The position numbers and the translations under genes are program-made. Shown here piece after piece: positions 49,960 through 61,523 of a stretch of DNA of 64,000 nucleotides (its first letter is position 1; each line of letters opens with the position of its first letter). The stretch lies in assembly GCA_965645245.1 (NCBI GenBank), contig OZ287067.1, forward strand, positions 1,860,001-1,924,000, written 5' to 3'. Under the pieces are notes generated by a model. That model was given only the letters and a program-made list of their open reading frames with translations. It did not search any database and was not told the DNA's origin. The stretch is from Massalongia carnosa. Taxonomy: Eukaryota.

Positions 49960-52439
49960 TCACCACTCCAACGGCTCCTCAATCGGTTCGCCCCGATTGG
50001 TTTTGGGAACTGGAACTGCCTCAATCTTAACGGGGTCGCTCCTTGCCCGCCTTTGCAAATAACCACTCCCATCTAACCAGGGTGTAAGGGCAGTACGATT
50101 GACCTCAAATCTATTGATCTGGTCTTCCATTTCCATGGTTAGACCAATGTCGTCAAGCCCGTTGACGAGGCAGTGCTTTCGGAACTCTTCAACCTCGAAA
50201 TCTGTCAGCTTCTTGCCCGATGCATCGTTGATTTGCTGGTTAACTAGGTCAACCTCTATTTCACGGCCAGCCTTGGCTTCTTCAGCAATTCGGAGAAGGA
50301 TGGTTTGATTTGGAATAGCAAGTGGAAGCATCCCATTCTTGAACGTATTGTTAAAGAATATGTCGGCGTAAGAGGGCGCAATGACACAATTTATGCCGAA
50401 ATCAAGAAGCGCCCATGGCGCATGTTCACGGGAGCTGCCACAACCAAAGTTAGGACCTGTGACCACCAGAATTTTTGCGTGGCGATAAGGCTCAACGTTC
50501 AGGACGAAGTCTTGCTTTTCAGAGCCGTCTTCGTTGTAGCGAAGTGCGTAGAAAAGCGCAGTGCCTAGACCTGTCCGTTTGATCGTCTTCAAAAACTGTT
50601 TGGGGATGATCGCATCGGTGTCAACATTAGAACGTTCCAACGGTACCGCTATCCCTTTGAGCTTTGTGAATTTGGGCAAACCTGCTGTCAACTTCGGGGT
50701 TTCGCTGTTGACATGAGGCTCATCATCTTTGGGTAGGTCTAGCAAATGTTCAGAATCCTTCGCGTCGATGTCTGCGAGATCGGAACCAACGCTGAGCTTT
50801 GATACTGATTTAGTTACTGCGGGTACCCCATCTATTAATCTCCGCACATCGGCCAGTTTACCTGTGATAGCGGCGGCTGCAGCCATTGCAGGTGACATCA
50901 AATGTGTCCTTCCACCCGCACCTTGGCGTCCTTCAAAGTTGCGATTCGATGTACTCGCGCATCTTTCACCGGGTAAAAGAATGTCGGGGTTCATGCCTAA
51001 GCACATTGAACAACCGGCTTCACGCCACTCGAACCCGGCGTCGGTGAAGATCTTGTCAATGCCCTCACATTCAGCTTGTTCCTTGACGAGACCTGATCCA
51101 GGTACTACCATAGCCCTCTTTAGGTTCTTTCCAATTTTCTTTCCCTGAAGTATATTCGCTGCCGTTCGTAGATCCTCTATTCTGGCATTGGTGCAGGAGC
51201 CGATAAAAATTTTATCAAGCTCAATGTCCTCCATTCGGGTGCCCGGCGTCAGTCCCATATATTCCAGAGCGCGCCTTGCGCTATCCCGTTTCGCCTCGGT
51301 AGAAAAATCTTCCGGATCTGGAACGACCCCGGTTATTGGTACCACATCTTGAGGCGAGGTTCCCCAAGAGACGGTCGGAGGAATGTCTTCAGCATAGATT
51401 ACAATCCGCTCGTCATATATGGCGCCAGGATCGCTCTTTAGGTCAGACCAATACTTCACCGCCCTTTTCCATTCATCCGAATCCGGCTTGGGGGCCAGTG
51501 GCCTGCCCTTAAGGTATCCAAAAGTTATGTCATCAGGGGCGATCATGCCAGCTCTTGCACCTGCCTCGATGGCCATGTTGCAGATTGACATCCTAGCTTC
51601 CATGCTCAACCCACGGATTGCAGACCCACAGAATTCGATGACCGCACCAGTGCCGCCCGCCGTCCCGATGACGCCTATAGCATGTAAAATAATGTCTTTA
51701 CTACTCACGCCAGGAGGTAATGTGCCATTGACTTCTATCCTCATGTTCTTGCTGCGCCGCGTGATGAGCGTCTGTGTCGCAAGCACGTGCTCAACCTCAC
51801 TAGTCCCAATACCAAAAGCCAGCGCTCCGAAGGCACCATGGGTAGATGTATGGCTATCACCACATACAACTGTAGTTCCCGGAAGCGTAAATCCTTGCTC
51901 CGGTCCGATGATATGAACGATGCCCTGCCGTTTGTCTCCCAATCCAAAGTACGTAAGTCCGAAGGCTTTAACGTTTTCTTCTAGTGTAAGGCATTGTGTG
52001 CGAGAGTCAGCCTCTTCGATAAATTGCCGAACATTTTTGAAGTTTTTCCTCGGCGTTGTAGGGATGTTCTAGAAATCGTTAGTTTATTCTCGCACTTCGA
52101 TTCAGTGAGGCCTACATGATCAGTTGTCGCGAGAGTACAATCAGGACGTCGAACTTTGCGCCTGGCATTTCTGAGGCCCTCGAAAGCTTGCTGATAAGTC
52201 CATTAGATCTCCAAAACCTGTCTCTTTTGTTTTTTACATTCTCCAGGAACTTACAGGCGAGGTGACTTCATGCACTAAATGTCGATCTACATTGACATTT
52301 AGACGTATGATAAAAGATCATAAGGAATGCCGCGCCTACCAATGTACAGGAGAACCGTTCCATCATCACGCTCGTCCACAATGTGAGCGTCAAAGACCTT
52401 GTCGTACAGAGTACGAGGCTTCTGCTTCGCTGAGGGCAT
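49960..52439 (-). CDS. LEU1: 3-isopropylmalate dehydratase (fused large and small subunits), three 5' introns
   Basis: [57 protein letters not shown] and [13 protein letters not shown]. Confidence 0.97.
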
Positions 52440-52607
52440 GGTTGCTCTGATCAGCTCCGCTATACACAGTTCTGAAGAACCAACAGAAAATGTCTATTTG
52501 CTACTTTTGGATATGTGTGCAATGGCTTGCAGTAGCCGTTGGTTTTAGGCATCTTTATATCAAAATCATGTTCTTTTAGAAAGCCGACACATTTGGTGGC
52601 AACCCTT

Positions 52608-52617
52608 CCGATATCGG
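52608..52617. promoter_or_regulatory. Candidate Leu3/LeuB binding site (CCG-N4-CGG)
   Basis: CCGATATCGG about 170 bp upstream of the LEU1 ATG. Confidence 0.65.
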
Positions 52618-52735
52618 GTTCAGGGTTCGTTGAGTTATTCAATAGCTGTTTGCTAATTGGGCAACCCTCCGCCCCGGACACCGTCTAAACTAAGTGCCGA
52701 TTTGCCAAGCCCTTAGGGAAACTGTATAGTATAGT

Positions 52736-53003
52736 AAGCATGCACGCGCGTGACAAAATGGGCCGAACACCAAACTTTACTATGTTTGCAGCCTGATAAA
52801 AGATATCGGATTATATTATAAGCTTTGTAATTTTGTAAGTGCAGCTCGTTCGATATTCGATTTTAACCTTATGATATTTTATACTGAAGCGTGGTTATTT
52901 AAGAAAAATTTCCAAAGCAAGATATTTGAAAAATCTTTAGTGAAAATCGCCTATCAAGCGAGTTTTGGTGTTCGGCCATTTCTGTCACGCGCGTGGCACG
53001 GTA
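52736..53003. mobile_element. MITE with ~40-bp imperfect TIRs (probably Tc1/mariner-pogo type, TA flanks)
   Basis: CACGCGCGTGACAAAATGGGCCGAACACCAAA on the left and TTTTGGTGTTCGGCCATTTCTGTCACGCGCGTG on the right, with an AT-rich core. Confidence 0.78.
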
Positions 53004-53087
53004 GGGTATAGAGTACTATTGAACCTTTACTGTTGATGTCATGTTTAGTCAGCGAAAAGGGGTTTTTTTTTCAGACGTTGCCCGGTC

Positions 53088-53106
53088 AAGCCCCTTCGGG
53101 TTAGTC
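53088..53106 (+). repeat. 19-bp hairpin direct repeat, left copy
   Basis: AAGCCCCTTCGGGTTAGTC is identical to 63850-63868. Confidence 0.85.
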
Positions 53107-53680
53107 TTACAGAACGTTAAGCCATAATTATCGCCCGTGACACTTAGCGGCGTTTAAAATCCTAAATCCCGCGATTTTTTCTTGTCACGCCAAATAACCT
53201 TAGTAACCTGAAGTTGTAGTCTCGCGCAGCGAGAAAAAATTTTATTTTGAAGCAATTTAAACCGTCAAATAGAGCATCCTTCAACGAGTAGACCCGCGCC
53301 TGAATTGTCTGATTTGATGTGCTGTGAAGTGTAGGATCGCCGTGCAAAACTGACGCCCTGCTTGGCCCTGGTCGTTGCGAAGGTCGACATTTGCGCTTCG
53401 CAATCGAACCACAAAGGGGTTTTGCTAGAATTTTGAAACTGGGTTTGCTGAAAAGAGCTTCTTCTGAATAGAAGAAACATCTTACCCCGAGTAGAATTAA
53501 CGTAGCGCTGATGGCGCGATACGTGGTGCAGTTGCACGCCTCGTCACAAGATGTCCCACCCAGTCACAGAAACGAGAAGGAGGTACTACAGGAACATTAC
53601 GAGTGATCGCTTCTTAGTAGAAACGGTGTTACAGGCCTCCATGACTAGTACTCGTAGAGAGAAAGAGAGGTACCATTGGC

Positions 53681-56491
53681 CTATCTACGAAGCAGATCCT
53701 CTCCAGCGTCAATACGCTTAGAGATCTGATGTCCAGAGAGCCCCAAACTGTCAACTTCCCGCGCAATATCCCACGGATCCCTCCCCTGCTCATTCGCCTT
53801 CCCCTGAAGGTACCGACGGATCCGTCTCTTGACGTAGAACCGCTGCCTCAGGGCAGGAGTGTACCTCCACTTAGCCCCAAAGAGGCGGTCCAACTCGTCG
53901 AGAGATGCACGCTGGACCCCCTCCACCAACGTCCCCAACGCGAATTCCTCCAACACCGCCTCCGCCGAGGTCACGCCGCCGAGAATGGGCTCCGCCGGGC
54001 AGCCAGGAGGACGTTGAGGCGGCCCCTCTTGGGGGAGGGAGCCACAGGGCGCAGAGACCGTAGACGTCTCTCCGGGGACGGAAGTGAGGACGACAGAAGG
54101 TGTAGGAAGGAGAGAAGCGACTGCGTCGACGTACGAGGACGCCGACGCAGCAGGCTCTTCACCAACGGAGTGCGCCGCCGTCGCAAGAGCAGTCGCCTGC
54201 CCTCGCCAAGAAGCCTCGTCCAGCAGCCAGTCCCTCCGAACAGCCTCCACAGGAACCGTCAGAAAGGATCGAAGCAGCGTCGAGACCGTGGCCTGCAATT
54301 GTGAGAGCTGCGAACCCAGGACTCGAGCTATCTCCTGGGCATTTGCCGCCGGCAGCGCACTCAAGGTGGTCGTCAGCTGGCTCTGCCCGGAGAGCAACCT
54401 CTCCACAGCGTTGAGCGTGCGATCTTGCTTAATTGCAACACCGCTGACCTTGTTACTGACGCCATCAACGGAGTCAGTAACAAGAGGCAGCACGCCGTGG
54501 ATGGCCACGTGCAAAGGTTCCTTTTCTACAGCCTCCAACTCCCGTATCTTCGCCGCGAACGCAGGCCAAAGGGGATCTCTGAAGACTTGGTGTCTCCAGA
54601 GCGAAAGCTCAGGAAACTGAGGCTGTAGAAGCGCCGCGTCTTGCAGGAAGACACAACGCAGCCGCAGCAACATCTCCAGAACCTTCTTCCCTGCCTTATC
54701 CGCATCAGGAAAAAGACCGCCTTTGTACGCCGCCAGAGCGTCATCCACCCAAGGCCACACCTGCCGCTGCAGGGCCAGATCCGGTGAGTGTCCTCTTCTC
54801 AAAAAGTAACTCCCGGGGGAGTTGCCAAAGCCGGCGGCGCGACGCATGTAGACACGCGGCAGGCGAGTGAGGTAGTTAGTGGCCCAGACGCCACGTTCCC
54901 ATCCGCCTGCTCTCATGATCTGTAGTAGTTGATATAAGGGTAACGCTAGTAAGTATAAGGGGCCATGAATCGTAGAGTACTTACCTGGTCCGCGGGGACT
55001 TCCCACATGTCGGCCAGCCGTGACGAGGACTGCCGCATGGTGTGGACCGTCTTGGAGCTGTCGACGCCGACAGCATCCAAAGCCGGCTTGATCCATCGGG
55101 CCTGTGTTTTGTCGGAGATCTCCTCCTTAGATCGCGCCAGGCTCCCGGAGATGACCTTCCTTCGTGAAATACCACTAAGATCGATCCCGGAAGTCCGGCC
55201 GCTTCTCCAGGAGGAGGTCCTAGCACAAGACGAGCCAGTGGGCGAGGGCGCCGAGAGGACAAAGGACGACATCTCTGCTCCGCAAAGCACCATAGTAATG
55301 CTGGCGGCGCGAGTTGCCCCCGTCCGCCAGAGGAATGCTCTTGCCCTAGCCAATTCGAAGGATCAACGCAAGGCATTCGGACCCCTCGTTAGGGAGGTCG
55401 TAGGCGCAGAGGTCAGATAGCTCAGCCCTCCGCGTTGACTCCCCCCGCAGCATCATCGAATGCATTAGGAGGAAGTCGAGGCTAGTCCGCAGGAGGTGCC
55501 ACTCGCCGCCCGCCACGCCCTCCTCCCCCAAAACCTTGCCCCCGGCGAGCAGCATTGCCGAAAATTGAGCGGCCTGCTCAATCGTGTAGCCGTCGGTGAG
55601 GCCGTGGATCGCGCGATCCTCGAACGAGGCCCGTTTGAAAGCGCTCCAATCGATGCGTAAGCGCGTCATCAGGGCTTTGGTGGCTTTCCCTCTGGGATGG
55701 GGCACCACCAAATTCTTTTCGAGATGCTGGCCATCGAAGAGGGCGCAGAGGGCAGAGACGTAGCCCGATTCCACGCTATCGGGCGCCAGGGGCCGGGATA
55801 AAGGGTCGTCGGCTTGCTGCAAGACGAGTCAGTAAGCTACAAAAAGATGATTCTATCCCTGAATTCGAGTTCAGGGGCCGACTCACCGTCTCAACGAGCT
55901 CCTCGCCGTCGGAGAATTCCTCGAATTTTTCCACCTCCTCCAGCTCCTCTCCCTCTACCGCTGGCGAGGCTTCCACCGCCTCCATCGCCTTCCCCTTCCC
56001 CCTCTTCAACGCGCGGCGCTTAGCCTGCCGTTGGCGATCCTGATCCCGCCGCCTGGCCTGCGCTGCTGCGCCTGTGAACTTGGGACGTGGGACGAAGCGC
56101 AGGCGGAGGACGACCTCTTCGAGGAAGAGGAGCATCTTCCGCTCCCACACAAGGACGCCGTCAAGAAAATTGCGCCGTCGGCACCACTTCTGTAGGATGT
56201 TAGCGTAGGCCCAAAGTTGCAGGGCATACCTATCGTAGTCACCTCCCACAGATGCCAGCACCTGCGGTACGCCTTAAGGGTGTTGGCCCTCCGATCCTCC
56301 TCCCGCATCCCGCGGACGCGCCTCATGGTGGCGGCCATGGCGGCCTCGTTGTTGCCGTGGGTGGCATAGGCCTGAGACTCACGCTTGACGGCCTCGACAT
56401 CAACGTAAGCCTCAGGAGGAGGCCAAGAAAGAGGCGCCGCCGTCTCCGGATCTGCGACAGCGGGGCCTGCAGCGGAGGGGCCCGGGTCCAT
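53681..56491 (-). pseudogene. CryptonF-type tyrosine recombinase (Ndc10 domain II-like, probable C-terminal GCR1_C-like domain); three introns (56242-56190, 55886-55817, 54984-54920), premature stops and a frameshift
   Basis: NTLKAY, SGYVSALCAL, EDRA...DGYT, LRTSLDFLLMHSMMLRGES (catalytic R), CPLGALA, SKTVHTMR (HxxR), RAGGW and NYL (catalytic Y), MRRAAGF, VFLQDAALL and ELDRLFGAKWR. TAG at 55348-55346 and a frame change near 55160. Confidence 0.9.
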
Positions 56492-57068
56492 CGTGCGGCC
56501 GCCAAAGAGGGTATCCGTGGTATGTAGAACGCTCGTTGACCAGCAAGTCGCTCGCGGCGCAAAACGGGGACAGGCAGGCTTTTTGCAGTTCGACTGAATG
56601 GGTCGAGGAGAGAAAATCGTGGTATGGAGCTTGGTCACGGGCGATATTGTCCATACAGCGTGACGATTTTGCAGGGTCACGCCTATAAGTCGGTTTATAC
56701 CCCAAAGTCACAGGCGATAAGTCCACTTTTCGAAGGACCGCCAAGCCAGCATTTTTTACGCTAAATCTCAACCCCGCGGCCCCGAAAAAAAAATCGGCCT
56801 CGGATAAGCGATCTTGAGGGCTAGCTATGTGAAAATTCGCCGAAGTTGCCGTGAACTATAGATTTCGGAATTTTTGATTAATGGAAGTTCCTTCCTTCGG
56901 ATCCCCAAGTGGGGGAGGATGTACGAGCATGAAAAGGGGTGTACGACCACTGAAAGGATGGGAGGAATTAGTTATGGATTACGGGATTCTTTATACAAAT
57001 AATACATTAGTTGGACTTTTTAAGACCAGTTATTAGACCAGCTTGCCATGATATTATCCATTCGTCAT

Positions 57069-57146
57069 GATCGGTCCTCCTCCTTCTACACCATCGGTCC
57101 TCCTCCTTCTACACCATTGGTCCTCCTTCTACACCATCGGTCCTCA
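57069..57146. repeat. Short tandem repeat, ~20-23-bp unit CATCGGTCCTCCTCCTTCTACAC, about 3.5 copies
   Basis: Directly visible. Confidence 0.9.
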
Positions 57147-57229
57147 CCACGGAGACGCCAAAGGCCTCACCGTGGGGCGACCGTCAAACATATAGATTTG
57201 CTCCTATTTCTTCGCATCAAAACAATGCT

Positions 57230-58860
57230 AATTTAACGCGTTCACACGCGTCGCAGACGTACGTACGGAAGAGGATACGAAGGCCAACCGCCGGGGGGTA
57301 GAATGCGCGCGTCCCTGCACCATGCTTCTAAGGGTTCAAGTGCCTTCATGCAGTCATCAGCTGGAAGAAGATGTGGACCAAAGGAGCCGCATCATCCCCC
57401 ACCCGGGCACAGTCGACACGCGTTCTAGCTCCTGAGAGTTCAAGTCTCCCCATGCAGTCATCAGCTGGGATCAACAGAACGCGTAAAGGCACCGGGGCGA
57501 ATGCTGTCACCTCAAGAAAACTCCATCTCGGAGCAGAATAACAATATCCCATTTAATAGGCCTGGCCTGTTAAATAAAATCGAGGAAAACACAGAGTCAC
57601 AAAACACATAGTCATCAATCACACGTTGTACAAAGCACACAGTCACAAACATACAGTCACAAACACACAGTCAAAAACACACAGTCACAAAACACACAGT
57701 CACAAAAAACACAGTCACAAATCAATAACACGTCCCTGTGAAGGGGGTTCTGCGGGGGCTCGTTAAGACAGATCTGCACCCCGTTAATATCGGAGTACAT
57801 ATTTTTAGAGGTTCAAGTCCTTTCTAGCAGTCATCAGCTGAAAATAATGTATTTGGACACGGGCATGGTGTGGATTTGACACGGGTAGACCTCGATGGAT
57901 CACAAAACGAATGAAAAGAGTTCAGCGGAACTTCGTTAATATTGTTCTCGAAGACCTCGTTAATAAGATTTTCATAGACCTCGTTAACAACGTTCGGTCA
58001 TACTCTTAAAGGTTCAAGTCCTTTCATGCAGTCATCGGCTGAGAGCTAAAGACGTACGACACGGGTCAGCTATGTCTATCACACGGGTCTCCTTCGTCTA
58101 CAACACGGAGCCCTCCGGCTGAAAGAAATAAAACATATAGACACATAGTGTAGGGTTACACCCTACACGATACAAGGGATTTGGGTTATGAAAACCATCC
58201 GATTGATGGCTACCGTGAGCAACACGGCCCGAACCGGAGTCGTACCGGGGATGGTGGAGGCAACCTAGTCATCAAATAGGAAACCCTTGGGACAAGAAGA
58301 GGGCAATATACGAGGAACCCGTTAATTGATAACAGTCTAGGCCCTGAGCTAATAGACGAATTTCAAACGAGCACCCCTCCGAGTTGTCCTCGACTCGTTT
58401 TGGTTAGTAGGGACGGAAAATCGATACTATACTGCCTGGTCAGGAGCATAGTGGTCGAAATCCCTGCGAGACATGGTCGGTTCATAAACGGGAGACCTTT
58501 ATGAATAACGCGAAGTGGGCGTAAAAAACCCGTGAGGCGTGGTATGCAATGGCGGCCACCGTACGGAGACCGTCTGCATAGCCCGAGAGGACAGTATGCG
58601 CATGTCGGTATATATAGAGCAGGGAATGTCTATCTCGCTCGTAACGAGACCCCGTCGGTTCGCCGGCGCATGGGCTACGGCTAGACTCGCCCTTGATATA
58701 TGCTTAAGGAGTAAACTGGGTTTGACCTGGGCGAAAGGGACGTCGTTCACCCCAATCGTAGAATTCATCAATAGTCTTGGGCCGTAAAACGCACCAGTGA
58801 GATGAACGAAAACTGGGATAGAGACTTCACGAAGGAGATGTCAACTCTATTTTATCATTC
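57230..58860 (+). ncRNA. Putative large modular structured RNA of unknown family (boundaries approximate)
   Basis: Four covarying T-loop three-way junctions, two long rods rich in G-U pairs on the + strand, many GNRA/UUCG-capped hairpins, and no credible ORF. Folded by eye only; transcription not shown. Confidence 0.6.
57586..57723. repeat. AC-rich ~14-bp tandem repeat (AAAACACACAGTCAC), about 9 degenerate copies
   Basis: Directly visible. Confidence 0.9.
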
Positions 58861-58862
58861 TT

Positions 58863-61523
58863 AGCCCTTCTGGAACGAGCGTTGCGCTGTCGCTGTGGCG
58901 GAGACTCGGCGTCGAAGACGCGAGTGGACGAGGTGGAAGACAGAGGCAACGTGGCGCAGGTATCTCAAATCGGCGGATGAAAAGAAGAAGATCATCACCA
59001 AGGAGAAGAAGCTCGACTTCAGAAGAACCTTAGCAGAGATGACGTCTGCGTCCGAAGGCATATGGCGTCTTGCCCGATGGGCTCGTACGCGCAGTCACTT
59101 ACCGCGAGACATTCCCAAGGTGCCCGATCTGACGCACACGCTTGCGGACGGCACAGCAGTCACTGCGTCCACATTCGACGAAAAGACGTCTCTTCTCTCT
59201 GACATGTTCTTCCCCAATGCAACCGCGGCAGACCTCAGCGACACGACGACGTATCGCTACCCTCCCGCTGTCGCAGAAACGGAGTCTCTTATCACAGGCG
59301 AGGAGATAGAGGCAGCAATCAAGCGTTGTAAGCCGGACTCTGCTCCGGGCCCCGACGGAATACCGAATAGAATACTCAAGCTTCTGATCAAGTCGATACT
59401 GCCCACGTTGGTCCTTCTATTTCGCGCCTGCGCAGAGCAGGGGTATCACCCACTCTGCTTTCGCGAGGCTCACACTATTGCAATCAAGAAGCCGAACAAG
59501 CCGAACTACACTCTCGCTAAGGCCTATAGACCTATCGCGCTTCTGAATACGCTTGGGAAGGTCTTGGAATCGATCATAGCTAAACGCATCGCCGCTATTG
59601 CGGAGACCCACAATCTGCTTCCTGAGTCTCAGATGGGAGGATGACGACAAAGATCCTGTGAAACGGCGCTTGAACTCCTCACCGAACAGATACACACGGT
59701 GTGGAACATGGGGTCAGACAAAGTGGCCACGCTTTTGAGCATTGATGTGGCCGGTGCCTTTGATCACGTCTCGGCGGAGAGAATGCTGCACAATCTGCGC
59801 AAGAGAAAAATTCCTGAATGGATCGTAGCATGGGTCGGCAGCTTTTTACAGCAAAGAAGGTCCACACTGACAATCGGCGGTCAGACGTCTTCGATGCGCC
59901 TTGTTCATGCCGGTATACCGCAGGGGTCGCCAGTGTCGCCCATTCTCTACATTTTTTACAACGCAGATATTTTGGAGGAGCTAGAGCGATCTCGACTCAA
60001 AGTCACCGCGTTGGGGTTTATTGACGACATCAATATACTGGCATACGGCACCTCGACTGCGAGTAATTGTCGAGCTTTAGAACGTGCTCACGAGATGTGC
60101 GAGCTGTGGGCTAGACGTCATGGAGCGCACTTCGCGCCTGCTAAATACGAGCTCCTACATCTCGCCAGAAATGATCGTCGCTTCGACATGACGGCTGCCG
60201 TGTCCATAGGAGGCGTGGACAAGACGCCTTCGCCGTCGGTGCGAGTGCTTGGAATTCAGATCGACTCCAAGCTTAAATGGGGCCCTCATCTAAAGTTCAT
60301 ACAGGGCAAAATGGCTACACAGACCTTGGCATTATCCAGGCTTACGGCTTCTACGTGGGGAGCGTGCTTTACGAAGGCGAGACACGTTTATAGCGCCGTC
60401 GTGCAACCGGCGATTACCTTCGGCTCTACCGTCTGGCATTCGCCATATGGCCGTCCCGACGGCACGCAGAGGATCGACAAACAGCTCGGTGACATACAGC
60501 GAGAGTGTCTGCGAGTGATAAGCGGAGGATTTCGCGCTACTCCGCAAATCATCATCGAAGCCGAAACTCACGTTTCTCCAATTCAGCTGCATCTAGCTCA
60601 CTTGCAGGCGAAGGCACGACGACGTCTTAAAGAACATGAACACGATCAACGCATCTCCGCTTTCTGTGAGAAGATCAAGCGCAAGCTGACTGCCTCGCGT
60701 GGTAGACGACGGCGCGCCTTCAACGCTACGCCGGCTCAGCGTAAGCGTGACTGGTATACGAGGCAGATTGCTCGAGTCCGGCCTGCTGACATGATAGAGG
60801 ACTCTCCGACGGACAGAGGGCTAGCCAAGATCTTCAACAATCAGTGGAAGCAGACCTGGAGCGCGTATCAGGCGGCTCATCAGCGTCATCCCTGCGCTGC
60901 GCTTACTGAGGGTCTTTCGATAAAGAGACTGGGATTACATAAGAACTTCTGCAAATCCGAAAGCAGCCTCATCATTCAAATGCGTACTGAGCGTATTGGC
61001 TTGGCGGATTATCTCTTCTCTCGTCGAGTTCCCACGTTCGCTTCGCCGGCGTGTAGCTGTGGATGGGCACGCCAGACGCTCAAGCATGTGCTACTCAGCT
61101 GCCCCAGGTTTGTTAACGGCCGAAGCAACATGTGCAGAGACGCCGGAACGACGGATTATCGCCGCCTTCTGACCACCGAAAAGGGCTTACGAGCCTCCGC
61201 TCGCTGGCTTATGCGGACTAATCTACTGACACAGTTTTCGCTAGCTGTAGAGTGTCTTTCTTCCTCCCCCTAACTGTCGCGTAGTGATAGTCACAAACTC
61301 TAGTTATAACAGAGGCAGAAGGTAGTCTCTTGATACGCATGTCGTAGACGTGGCGCTGGCGAAACGTAGCATTCGCGAAGTGAGGTCGAGCGATCACGTG
61401 TAGGTATACAGATGAAGGTTTTTTCCCCTCGATGAGGGTTTTCCTTCTTTGAAACTTTGATAGCTTTTCTCGCATGGGTCGGCTGTAGCTGATGTCACAA
61501 CGAGTATGAATTTAATAATAATA
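58863..61523 (+). mobile_element. 5'-truncated Tad-like LINE (non-LTR retrotransposon) with (TAA)n tail
   Basis: ORF2 begins mid-gene (PFWNERC...). It contains APGPDGIPN, YRPIALLNTLGK, GIPQGSPVSP, FIDD and the C-terminal CSCG...HVLLSC. One in-frame TGA at 59642-59644; ORF ends at 61273. Tail TAATAATAATA. Confidence 0.93.

Noticed and set aside
53729..55420. Several 130-190 aa + strand ORFs
   Set aside because: They are antisense shadows of the GC-rich recombinase coding sequence.
53681..56491. Starship captain (DUF3435) or the host kinetochore gene NDC10
   Set aside because: The motifs fit the CryptonF/Ndc10-II recombinase type rather than DUF3435. Stops, a frameshift and the repeat context argue against a functional host gene.
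57325..58045. Hammerhead ribozymes on the minus strand (CTGATGA...GAAA)
   Set aside because: CTGATGA and GAAA co-occur intact only in copy 3. The others read GAAG, GGGG or CCGATGA, stem II is essentially absent, stem I does not close the core, and G-U bias favours the + strand.
57325..58045. tRNA genes or a CRISPR array
   Set aside because: A T-arm is present but no acceptor/D/anticodon cloverleaf. Repeat spacing is irregular (about 105, 370 and 200 bp), the intervening sequence is self-complementary, the context is eukaryotic, and there are no cas genes.
58148..58168. Telomerase RNA template (TAACCCTA on minus)
   Set aside because: The match is short, is locked in a perfect hairpin, and lies on the strand opposite to the one favoured by the folding evidence.
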